This document shows positions 9,251 through 16,060 of a DNA stretch of 38,614 nucleotides, one piece after another. The position numbers and the translations under genes are program-made. Positions within the stretch are counted from its first letter, which is position 1. Each line of letters begins with the position of its first letter. Source of the stretch: a virus (Duplodnaviria > Caudoviricetes); IMG/VR virus record IMGVR_UViG_3300020045_008736, positions 1 through 38,614 of that record. The stretch is one strand, 5' to 3'. The notes below the pieces were generated by a model, which ran no database searches, was not told the origin of the DNA, and saw nothing but the letters and a program-made list of their open reading frames with translations.

Positions 9251-9742
9251 TTATAACATACCGAACGGATGCGCTTGTCTTTTTGCGCTTACATAAGCAT
9301 CATGCGCTTTTTGTGCCGTTTCAAAAGCACCAATAAACTTAACAGCGCCATTAATTTGGATTCTTGAAAAATAAGTGCCGCTCGGCTTATGAAATGCTGC
9401 ACCTAAAAGCTTTGTTGATATATTTTTTGAATTGGCCTTTCTTTGGTTTTGCAAATTCCCAGACCTAGTTGCCTCTCTTAAATTTTCAAATCTATTATAT
9501 GATCTAATTCCGTTTATATGGTCAATTTCATTGGTCGGCATACTTCCAGTCATGTATAGCCATGCTAATCTATGCGCTCTATATTCTTTGTTTTTTATAC
9601 TTATCCTATAATATCCATTGCACACATGGATACTTCCTGCGATTTTTCCTTTAACAGCCTTGCCTGATGTTATTTTCCACGTAAATATTCCTGTAACAGG
9701 ATTGTAACCTATAACATCTTTTAATCTAGATTGAGTAATCAT
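9251..9742 (-). CDS. free-standing HNH homing endonuclease with C-terminal AP2-like DNA-binding domain
   Basis: Y.P.TG.FTW, GY.RI, Y.AHRLAWLY..G..P...IDHING...NR.ENLR.AT...N..N, then F.G.F.T...A..AY. The ATG at 9742 has GAGG upstream. Confidence 0.9.
   Translation of the reverse strand: MITQSRLKDVIGYNPVTGIFTWKITSGKAVKGKIAGSIHVCNGYYRISIKNKEYRAHRLAWLYMTGSMPTNEIDHINGIRSYNRFENLREATRSGNLQNQRKANSKNISTKLLGAAFHKPSGTYFSRIQINGAVKFIGAFETAQKAHDAYVSAKRQAHPFGML
9252..9260 (-). promoter_or_regulatory. putative late promoter (TATGTTATA(AT), extended -10) upstream of portal
   Basis: Same motif as at 11273, 30743 and 33841; 29 nt from the portal ATG. Confidence 0.45.
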
Positions 9743-11009
9743 TAAATAGCCTCTCAATAAAATGTAGGGATAACGACACAGATAACAATACTGACATCCA
9801 TGAGCCGCTGGGTATGTTTACATGCTGTTTGTCGCGCGGCGCCCTGGCTTTGCGTATGCCTTCGCATGCGTAGCGCAGTGCATCTATGACGTGGTTATGT
9901 TTATCTTCAAATATCGGCAATATCTGCATAGTAAGCGGGTCGGTCTTGTAGCTATACATTGTCAGCTCCCGTATTGTTTCAACACAACGCGGATGAACAA
10001 TAATGTCAAAGCTCTTCAAAAACTCAACGCCATCGGCTACGCTATTAGCTCCTTTTTTGGCGTATGTGATTTTTGGATAGCCATGCTTTTGCAGATGGCT
10101 AATTGTCTCCGGTCTTGCGCTGTCGGCGGTAATAAACCATTTGTCGCTATCAGGTATGCGTCGTAATAAATCTGGCGTATTGACAATCTCGCAGCCAACC
10201 ATCACCGCCTCGTAGTCTATATATAGAGCATTGCCATCCAGTGAGCAGCGTACAAAGGCCGTGGGGTCAATAGCAAAGCCAAAATCTAAACCTTGTCTAA
10301 ATATCGCGCCTTCCGGTCGCTCAAACTCTTTGACGATCCAATTCTTAAATACACGCGCTTCGCTGTTTTGTTTATATTCGCCAAGCCAGACATGGCAGTA
10401 TTTGTCATGGTCGCGGCGTTTATCGTACTCCATTTCTTCGCGCAGCACTCCTGGCAACCAGGGATTGTCCATGTAGTTGGCTTGCACAACAATCGCGTCT
10501 GGTGGCGGATTATCTCCGCGTAACAGTGTGTCAATCGGGTCTGTGTCTAAATTTGGGTTCCAGGTAAACCATAGCTCGCTCCCAGGCTTTCTGATCGTTG
10601 GGCGCAGCAAGTCCAGGCTTCGCTGGCTTAGGCTCTGCGCTTCTTCAACCCAGGCTATGTCATAGCCTTCGAGCGATTTGATAGAGTCTGCTGTATGATT
10701 TTGCATACCCTGGAAAATGATTAATCCGCCATTTTTGCACTTGATAACGGCCTCTTGCACGTCAAACAGATGGCTAACGCCAAGCGACTCAATCTTGATC
10801 TCGAGCAGCTTCTTAACTGATTGGCTAAGAGATTTTTGTATTTCGCGAACACAAACAGCATTAGTTTTTTGCATAATGCATCGCTCAATCAGCATCTCAG
10901 CAAAAAAATGCGATTTGCCTGAGCCACGACCACCATGTGCACCTTTGTAACGACTGGCAACAAGCAGCGGCTTAAAGGCTCTTGGTGTCCGTATCGTGAG
11001 ATGGGTCAA
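9726..11009 (-). CDS. terL: terminase large subunit (PBSX-family type)
   Basis: Walker A GGRGSGKS, VREIQ.S, Walker B WVEEA, TWNP, nuclease domain GLDFGF..DP, ADSARP, NH.IDALRY. TTG start overlaps terS. Confidence 0.95.
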   Translation of the reverse strand: MTHLTIRTPRAFKPLLVASRYKGAHGGRGSGKSHFFAEMLIERCIMQKTNAVCVREIQKSLSQSVKKLLEIKIESLGVSHLFDVQEAVIKCKNGGLIIFQGMQNHTADSIKSLEGYDIAWVEEAQSLSQRSLDLLRPTIRKPGSELWFTWNPNLDTDPIDTLLRGDNPPPDAIVVQANYMDNPWLPGVLREEMEYDKRRDHDKYCHVWLGEYKQNSEARVFKNWIVKEFERPEGAIFRQGLDFGFAIDPTAFVRCSLDGNALYIDYEAVMVGCEIVNTPDLLRRIPDSDKWFITADSARPETISHLQKHGYPKITYAKKGANSVADGVEFLKSFDIIVHPRCVETIRELTMYSYKTDPLTMQILPIFEDKHNHVIDALRYACEGIRKARAPRDKQHVNIPSGSWMSVLLSVSLSLHFIERLFNDYSI

Positions 11010-11238
11010 TGATGACTCGATTAATAGTTGTGATTGATAATTCGCCGCTAATGTCAGAAATTATCTCGGTCGGCGCATTACTAACTGATTTGTCTAATAA
11101 AATCTTAGCTGCCTGCACCTGCGTTTTAGACATCTCTCTAGTGCCGTCTAAATGCTCTTGTAAAGACAAGATTATTTTTTCCGCCTGAATTTTATCTCTA
11201 ACAAATTGTTGGTGTCGTGGGTTTAATCGTGCTGCCAT
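10972..11238 (-). CDS. terS: terminase small subunit (probable)
   Basis: 88 aa, MAARL...HQ..VRDKIQA...L.EH...EMS.TQV.AA.ILL.K; immediately upstream of and overlapping terL. Confidence 0.7.
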   Translation of the reverse strand: MAARLNPRHQQFVRDKIQAEKIILSLQEHLDGTREMSKTQVQAAKILLDKSVSNAPTEIISDISGELSITTINRVIIDPSHDTDTKSL

Positions 11239-11270
11239 AGTGCATATAATGATAAAAAAAAGATTGTTAC

Positions 11271-11299
11271 TGTATAACATAACATTCGATTGATTGCAA
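11271..11299 (-). promoter_or_regulatory. putative promoter for the packaging/structural operon (TTGCAA-N17-TATACA with TG extension)
   Basis: Minus strand reads TTGCAATCAATCGAATGTTATGTTATACA and contains the GTTATGTTATA late motif. Confidence 0.55.
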
Positions 11300-11345
11300 A
11301 TTGTGAATTACTTCTTATTTTTTATTCACTGTTTAAAAATAATGT

Positions 11346-11374
11346 TTGACACAATAATAATTTTATGAAATACT
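11346..11374 (+). promoter_or_regulatory. sigma70-type early promoter TTGACA-N17-AATACT
   Basis: Perfect -35, TG-extended -10, AT-rich upstream region; 50 nt before the ORF at 11424 (RBS GGAG). Confidence 0.7.
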
Positions 11375-11423
11375 ATGCCCAACTTGAAGAGAAAGACTTT
11401 TTAACCAAAACGGAGATAAGAAA

Positions 11424-11681
11424 ATGAACACATTAACCATTAAGTACAACGCCTCAGTTTTAGTTGGAGCAGGCTGGAGATCAGTAAAAATAACCGCAAT
11501 AGCTGAAAAAATTAGTGAAAAACGCGCCGAAATTAAAGAGGTAATTGCTATTGACGGAGAAGAGCCTAGCGGCTACACATCCAGAACCGGCGCAAAACGC
11601 CAAACCTATAACGCCAACAGCATCGCATTACGTGAAATTGGCAATGTTAAAATTTTATCAAAATGCGAATTGGTGGCATAA
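11424..11681 (+). CDS. hypothetical early protein (85 aa)
   Basis: RBS GGAG; first gene after the early promoter. Confidence 0.75.
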   Translation: MNTLTIKYNASVLVGAGWRSVKITAIAEKISEKRAEIKEVIAIDGEEPSGYTSRTGAKRQTYNANSIALREIGNVKILSKCELVA

Positions 11682-11783
11682 ATGGAAAAGATATTATTTG
11701 AATTGTTTTACATAGCATGGACTGCCGCAACAGTAGGGTTTATTTTTATGGCAATCAAAATTTTTATGGGAATGAAACGATGA
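11682..11783 (+). CDS. small single-TM protein (33 aa, MEKILFELFYIAWTAATVGFIFMAIKIFMGMKR)
   Basis: Translated by hand; abuts the upstream stop and has an ATGA overlap with the next gene. Confidence 0.6.
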   Translation: MEKILFELFYIAWTAATVGFIFMAIKIFMGMKR

Positions 11784-11929
11784 ATGAACGCCGAGCAATA
11801 AACGATGAACAGCCGCGCATAATCCCGGCCATGAGCCGGGAAGATGAATATTTATTGATATTATCCATGCGCAAAATGAACGAACTATATAGACAACAAG
11901 CGGATGGTGAAAATGTACAAAATCACTAA
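11780..11929 (+). CDS. hypothetical protein (49 aa, MNERRAINDEQP...)
   Basis: ATGA-coupled start inside the listed ORF 11717..11929. Confidence 0.55.
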   Translation: MNERRAINDEQPRIIPAMSREDEYLLILSMRKMNELYRQQADGENVQNH

Positions 11930-12023
11930 AAACGGTCGTGTTATCGCGCAGATAGACCAATACAAATGCACTATTGAAGTGATGCAAGCGCTGTTAAATG
12001 GCGGATGGGGTATTGAGATATGA
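11913..12023 (+). CDS. hypothetical protein (36 aa, MYKITKNGRVIAQ...)
   Basis: Translated by hand; RBS GGTGA; ATGA overlap with the next gene. Confidence 0.55.
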   Translation: MYKITKNGRVIAQIDQYKCTIEVMQALLNGGWGIEI

Positions 12024-12226
12024 TGCAATATATCGACACGACTCACAACGGCATAACCTATTCAACCGCATTTACGGTTGTTGATGGTGATGTGACATTT
12101 GAGCGGGTGATGTTGTGCCAGCATGATCTGTTTAGCGCCGATCATCTATCCAATTACTTATTGGATGCCATCGAGGCGGAAATTTATAAACAAATGGAAA
12201 ACAAAGGTGAACGTTATGACGGATAG
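12020..12226 (+). CDS. hypothetical protein (68 aa)
   Basis: Tightly coupled ORF in the early cluster. Confidence 0.65.
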   Translation: MMQYIDTTHNGITYSTAFTVVDGDVTFERVMLCQHDLFSADHLSNYLLDAIEAEIYKQMENKGERYDG

Positions 12227-12413
12227 TTTTTGTTGTATCAGATGTTTGGTAACAAAACCAATCGAACAGATGCATTCGATGAATACATATTCAAAAACGT
12301 GTAAATCATGCAATGATAAATTCGAAGATTACAAATTAAAAAGAAAAAGGTCATCTAAAAAACTCTACGGCTCTGACAGAGCTGGAAATTATTTTTCAAA
12401 AATATACAAATAG
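12216..12413 (+). CDS. small zinc-finger protein (65 aa; CxxC...CxxC)
   Basis: MTDSFCCIRCLVTKP...TCKSC; RBS AGGTGA. Confidence 0.6.
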   Translation: MTDSFCCIRCLVTKPIEQMHSMNTYSKTCKSCNDKFEDYKLKRKRSSKKLYGSDRAGNYFSKIYK

Positions 12414-12422
12414 TAAACTAAA

Positions 12423-12608
12423 ATGGACAATGACAATAAAGAATTAAGAACAAAACGCGATGAGGTTGCCGCCTTAGTTATGTTAGACGCGCTATTAACC
12501 GGAGCAGGATACATGATGATGTACAAAACAGATAATGGAGATATTGGATATAAATATATCAGTCATGACAATATAATATTAAAAAATGAGGTGAAAAATG
12601 GAGAATAA
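12423..12608 (+). CDS. hypothetical protein (61 aa)
   Basis: ORF packing in the early cluster. Confidence 0.6.
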   Translation: MDNDNKELRTKRDEVAALVMLDALLTGAGYMMMYKTDNGDIGYKYISHDNIILKNEVKNGE

Positions 12609-12888
12609 AAAACAAATTGACGGCGATAGCCTCTATGTTGCACTAAGCACCAATGTGGCTATAGAACAAACAACCATTGACACCAGCCTGATTGATACAG
12701 TGGTTAGTATCTGGCAAAATGATAATCTGCAATGGATTGTTGATTTTGTAAATGATGATGGGCACGTGGTTGATAGCTATTACACAACAGATGATAGCGT
12801 GGATGAATACATGAAAACAGATTCATCGGACATAATCATCACAGGTCAGCATGATGCGCATGAAAGCGAGGCGTATTATGCAAGCTAA
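12598..12888 (+). CDS. acidic hypothetical protein (96 aa)
   Basis: RBS GAGGTG; overlaps both neighbours. Confidence 0.65.
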   Translation: MENKKQIDGDSLYVALSTNVAIEQTTIDTSLIDTVVSIWQNDNLQWIVDFVNDDGHVVDSYYTTDDSVDEYMKTDSSDIIITGQHDAHESEAYYAS

Positions 12889-13057
12889 TACCGAGACAAT
12901 ATGCCCGGTTTGCGAAGGAACTGGTGAAGGCTTTGACGAATTTGAGAATTGTAATTTATGCCACGGAACTGGAAGCAATTTAAATGACGGTCAATATATA
13001 GCAAAAATAACGGAAGAATTATTTGACGCATGGTGCGATTCAAATTTTGACGAATAA
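12878..13057 (+). CDS. small protein with a DnaJ-type CxxCxGxG zinc finger (59 aa)
   Basis: CPVCEGTG...CNLCHGTG; RBS GAGG before the ATG at 12878. Confidence 0.7.
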   Translation: MQANTETICPVCEGTGEGFDEFENCNLCHGTGSNLNDGQYIAKITEELFDAWCDSNFDE

Positions 13058-13065
13058 AAAAAAGC

Positions 13066-13097
13066 ATAAAAGTAGCCCGGCATTGCCGGGCTTTTTG
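13066..13097. terminator. bidirectional intrinsic terminator between convergent blocks
   Basis: AGCCCGGC-ATT-GCCGGGCT stem, T-run on the right and A-runs on the left. Confidence 0.8.
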
Positions 13098-13101
13098 TTG
13101 T

Positions 13102-13248
13102 CTAGTTTGTTGATAAAAGTTTAATCCAATTTAAAAAAGCTTCTTTCGGCGTATTGCCTTGCGTCTGTCTGCCACGACTATCAAACAGTGACCAGTAAAA
13201 ACGTCCATGCCTGTGTGTTGCAAAGAGGTGCGGCTTATTTCTTGTCAT
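13102..13248 (-). CDS. hypothetical protein (48 aa, MTRNKPHLF...G.TPKEAF..W)
   Basis: Internal ATG overlapping the end of the DUF6378-like gene. Confidence 0.55.
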   Translation of the reverse strand: MTRNKPHLFATHRHGRFYWSLFDSRGRQTQGNTPKEAFLNWIKLLSTN

Positions 13249-13501
13249 CACACGCTCGCTCAGCCAGAGTTGCATAACCTGCAATATCATGCCAATTGTC
13301 GGTATAGTTTGCATCGCCGTTCATAATTCTGGCTATTTTTTGACAAATAGCATCTAGTGCTTCGCGTTGACTATAGTTTAAATAGCTATAGCAATTGTGA
13401 GCATAAATAACATTTTTTAATTTTTGCGATGTTTCAGAATTTTCCGCAAAGCCGCCGTATGTTTCACCGCGTTCCTCTAAAGTTTTGTTTATGTCGGTCA
13501 T
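13235..13501 (-). CDS. DUF6378-like phage protein
   Basis: I..TL.ERG..YG.F......Q.LK, REALD.I..KIARI.NGD..Y.D.W.DIAGYA.L. Confidence 0.75.
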   Translation of the reverse strand: MTDINKTLEERGETYGGFAENSETSQKLKNVIYAHNCYSYLNYSQREALDAICQKIARIMNGDANYTDNWHDIAGYATLAERACDDKK

Positions 13502-13635
13502 CGTTGATGCCAAATCTTCATGTTATCAGTTAATTTAAATTCCGGCGACTGGCACAGTTTATTAGTGCATTGTGCCAGTTTTCGACTGTAATATTTTAGC
13601 ACTGCTGTGCTGTTGCATAGTGGGCAGTGTATCAT
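13498..13635 (-). CDS. Ogr/Delta-like zinc-finger protein (45 aa, MIHCPLCNSTAVLKYYSRKLAQCTNKLCQSPEFKLTDNMKIWHQR)
   Basis: Translated by hand; ATGA overlaps at both ends; CPLC...QCxNxxC pattern. Confidence 0.6.
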   Translation of the reverse strand: MIHCPLCNSTAVLKYYSRKLAQCTNKLCQSPEFKLTDNMKIWHQR

Positions 13636-14579
13636 TTTTGCATTGCCGCTTTATGTGCTTGGTCAAAAAATGGATGGTTAGCATCCGGTAGGCGTGGCGG
13701 TGTATATGTTGATGATACTAGTGTTGGCGCATGCACAACAATCGGGTCACACGATACTGCTGCGCGGTTCATCGCGTTGCGGAACTGGTCGTCATTATCA
13801 TGCATCAGGTGGCAAGCTGCGCTATATCCAAATAAGTTATTTAATTGTCCTGCGGCAACTAAAAGCTCACATCGATCATTTGACCATGGCAAAGTAAATC
13901 CAAAGCCGCCCAGTAAAAAGCTAAAATTCAACCCAACTGAGCTGGCACAACTAAAATTGTTTTGTGATACCTGCCCAAAGATCGCGCCCAGGCCAGGGGC
14001 TTGGTGCACTTGGCGGTAAGATTGGTTATTTTGTACAACGACTTTTTGTGCGTTTTTGCTGTTTCCAGAACCGTTTACATCAGATCGGCTAGTGCTTAAA
14101 GTTCCGACATTGTTTGTGCTATTGCCGGTATTGCTTACAGTACTTGCGCTAACTGATCGACTATCACCGCCTTGACCGCCAGTAGCAGTGCTATGAGAGC
14201 TATTATCGCCACCGGCATTAGCGCCAATATTGTTAGCGTTGCCGATGTTGTTATTGTTCGAGTTTTCATTTAAGTCTCCACCTATTGTTTTAGTCACACT
14301 GTTGTTAATGTCCTGGTTTGTGGTGGATTGGTTGGCCTGGTTGTAGCTGCCAGTGTTGCCAAAATTGGTGTTGTTCCGGTTATCGCCAATGCTGTTGTCG
14401 GTTTGTTGGCTACTGTCCTGGCTGTGGTTGTCGGTTATATAGCTATCATTGTGTGTTATCTCGTTGCTCTGAGTGGTGGTGGCGTAATTAGTGTTATTAC
14501 TATTAGTTATGTTGTTGTCGTCTGCCAGTGCTGTTGACGATAGAAATATGATTGTTGTTGCTAATATTGTTTGTTTCAT
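13632..14579 (-). CDS. secreted Asn/Ser/Thr/Gly-rich protein with a Cys-containing C-terminal domain
   Basis: Signal peptide MKQTILATTIIFLSSTALA|DD, ~170 aa of low complexity, then a domain with four Cys. Confidence 0.75.
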   Translation of the reverse strand: MKQTILATTIIFLSSTALADDNNITNSNNTNYATTTQSNEITHNDSYITDNHSQDSSQQTDNSIGDNRNNTNFGNTGSYNQANQSTTNQDINNSVTKTIGGDLNENSNNNNIGNANNIGANAGGDNSSHSTATGGQGGDSRSVSASTVSNTGNSTNNVGTLSTSRSDVNGSGNSKNAQKVVVQNNQSYRQVHQAPGLGAIFGQVSQNNFSCASSVGLNFSFLLGGFGFTLPWSNDRCELLVAAGQLNNLFGYSAACHLMHDNDDQFRNAMNRAAVSCDPIVVHAPTLVSSTYTPPRLPDANHPFFDQAHKAAMQK

Positions 14580-14585
14580 TTGTTT

Positions 14586-14750
14586 TTACCTGTTTTTTAA
14601 TGAGATATTTTGCGGCATCTCTAAACTATGGATATTTAAAATGCGGGCCGCTTGATTTCTGTATTCAAAATAAAAAACCTTGTTTCTCCTAAATCGCGTC
14701 CAATAGTTTTTTAGGCTGCCGTGCTTAGTGTAGTGCGGGATGCGCTTCAT
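14586..14750 (-). CDS. basic hypothetical protein (54 aa, MKRIPHYTKHGSLKNYW...)
   Basis: Translated by hand; ATGA overlap with the upstream gene; fills the gap. Confidence 0.5.
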   Translation of the reverse strand: MKRIPHYTKHGSLKNYWTRFRRNKVFYFEYRNQAARILNIHSLEMPQNISLKNR

Positions 14751-14998
14751 TTTGGATAATGTCCGGTGTGACAGAATGTAATAAAGTCAGCCATGCGCTT
14801 GCGTTTTTCAAGCTTTTCTATGCGTTCTGCCAATATTTCAGCTTGTTTTTCGTGATAATTTGATAGTTTTTTCGCATTTATCGACCCTCGCCAGTGCGCG
14901 ACACATAGTGTTTTAGAGTCGATTAAGTCTTGCTCATAGTCATAGTCGCGTTGTTGCTTTGGTATTGACCATAGGTTGATTGGTGGTAGAAAATTCAT
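14747..14998 (-). CDS. hypothetical protein (83 aa)
   Basis: RBS GGTGA; coupled ORF. Confidence 0.65.
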   Translation of the reverse strand: MNFLPPINLWSIPKQQRDYDYEQDLIDSKTLCVAHWRGSINAKKLSNYHEKQAEILAERIEKLEKRKRMADFITFCHTGHYPK

Positions 14999-15060
14999 AA
15001 AATCACCAGAATTAAAAAAGTTATTAAGAGTGCTAGTGTTATTGTGCTATCGGATTTCAT
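14995..15060 (-). CDS. possible 21-aa hydrophobic peptide (MKSDSTITLALLITFLILVIL)
   Basis: GGAG upstream of the ATG at 15060; ATGA overlap with the next gene. Confidence 0.35.
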   Translation of the reverse strand: MKSDSTITLALLITFLILVIL

Positions 15061-15262
15061 TTTCTTTGCTCCAATTATCTGCGCATTGTTTATTACAAAA
15101 TCGCCGCTCGCGGCCAGTAGCGGCTTGACATTGCCAGCACCTGCCAGACGCGTTGCTTGTGTCAATTCGTGCTGCCACGGCGCGTATTTTGCCAATTGTG
15201 AAATCCTTTGATGCCTCCGTTAAGTTAGAGGCAGCGTCTAGGTAATCAGGCGTTCGTTCCAT
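15047..15262 (-). CDS. TraR/DksA-like C4 zinc-finger protein (71 aa)
   Basis: N-terminal DYLDAAS (DxxDxA) and CWQC...RRFCNKQC. Confidence 0.6.
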   Translation of the reverse strand: MERTPDYLDAASNLTEASKDFTIGKIRAVAARIDTSNASGRCWQCQAATGRERRFCNKQCADNWSKENEIR

Positions 15263-15476
15263 TCTCTTCCACCGCAATCAGCTCGTTTACAGTTTTAAGC
15301 ATCCATTCCTTTGCGATAGCATCCCATCTTTCACGCTTCGCTATGCCGTCACGGTAGCCACGCAAATAGTCGATCCGTCTGCGCAGTGCATGTGTTGAAT
15401 GCTCATCAACATGCGTGCCGATCTTTTTAAGCCAATTTACTTCTTTTCTGGTCGCCCACGCTTCATTGTCGCTCAT
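15246..15476 (-). CDS. hypothetical protein (76 aa)
   Basis: RBS AGGTGA; coupled ORF. Confidence 0.7.
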   Translation of the reverse strand: MSDNEAWATRKEVNWLKKIGTHVDEHSTHALRRRIDYLRGYRDGIAKRERWDAIAKEWMLKTVNELIAVEENGTNA

Positions 15477-15483
15477 AAATCAC

Positions 15484-15645
15484 CTATTTTAAGACGCATA
15501 TATATTTAATATTGTCATTGTTTCTGTTTTTTAATACTGCATTTCCGGCTACGATGCATGAGTTTTCATTATAAAATTCGTGCATTGATACAAAGTCGCC
15601 AGGACTTGACATTATCCTAAAGACAATCAAAACATATAAACTCAT
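15484..15645 (-). CDS. hypothetical protein (53 aa, MSLYVLIVFRIMSSPGDFVSMHEFYNENSCIVAG...YICVLK)
   Basis: Translated by hand; hydrophobic N-terminus and two Cys; ATGA overlap with the upstream gene. Confidence 0.55.
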   Translation of the reverse strand: MSLYVLIVFRIMSSPGDFVSMHEFYNENSCIVAGNAVLKNRNNDNIKYICVLK

Positions 15646-15902
15646 AAATCACATCTCTTAACAAAATTTTTGCCATTGTTACATTCATAATTTCTTGCAT
15701 AATTTAACTGCTGCGGATTAAATTTTACAGCCTTTCCGGTTATAACGTCATAACCTCTGATTTTTTCTGCCGCATTATTACAGTAAAGCTCCTTATCTTT
15801 CCACAAAAAACCAACTCGTTTTTCCTGGTAAAACTTGCAATCAACACAAGGGTTTTTCACTTTTTCTGTCGATAGCGACAGGTAGCCGTAATACATTGTC
15901 AT
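15642..15902 (-). CDS. Cys-containing hypothetical protein (86 aa; C.DCKFY...C...AR...C...G..F)
   Basis: RBS AGGTGA; metal-binding-like Cys pattern. Confidence 0.7.
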   Translation of the reverse strand: MTMYYGYLSLSTEKVKNPCVDCKFYQEKRVGFLWKDKELYCNNAAEKIRGYDVITGKAVKFNPQQLNYARNYECNNGKNFVKRCDL

Positions 15903-15928
15903 AAATCACCTATCAATTTTTAATTATT

Positions 15929-15963
15929 AAAAAACCCCGCCTTAGCATTGCACTAAGACAGGG
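15929..15963 (-). terminator. intrinsic terminator CCCTGTCTTAG-TGCAATG-CTAAGGCGGGG-TTTTTT
   Basis: 11-bp stem with G-U pairs and a U6 tract on the minus strand. Confidence 0.65.
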
Positions 15964-16060
15964 AGTTGGAGAAAGCTTAAATTTTTAAGCTGCACTATTA
16001 AAACACGGATCGGAATTTTATGCAGTAAAAATATTTAAAGCTTTAAAAATAAAATGCGTA

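Noticed and set aside
48-10950. Numerous plus-strand ORFs opposite structural genes (e.g. 48..428, 783..1145, 3356..3847, 4192..4614, 9822..10166)
   Set aside because: Antisense to well-supported genes, with no recognisable motifs; typical shadow frames.
11717-12215. Longer upstream starts in the ORF track (11717, 12123; likewise 19764, 22083, 26258, 38111)
   Set aside because: Downstream ATGs with an RBS and/or stop-start coupling fit better, so coordinates were trimmed accordingly.
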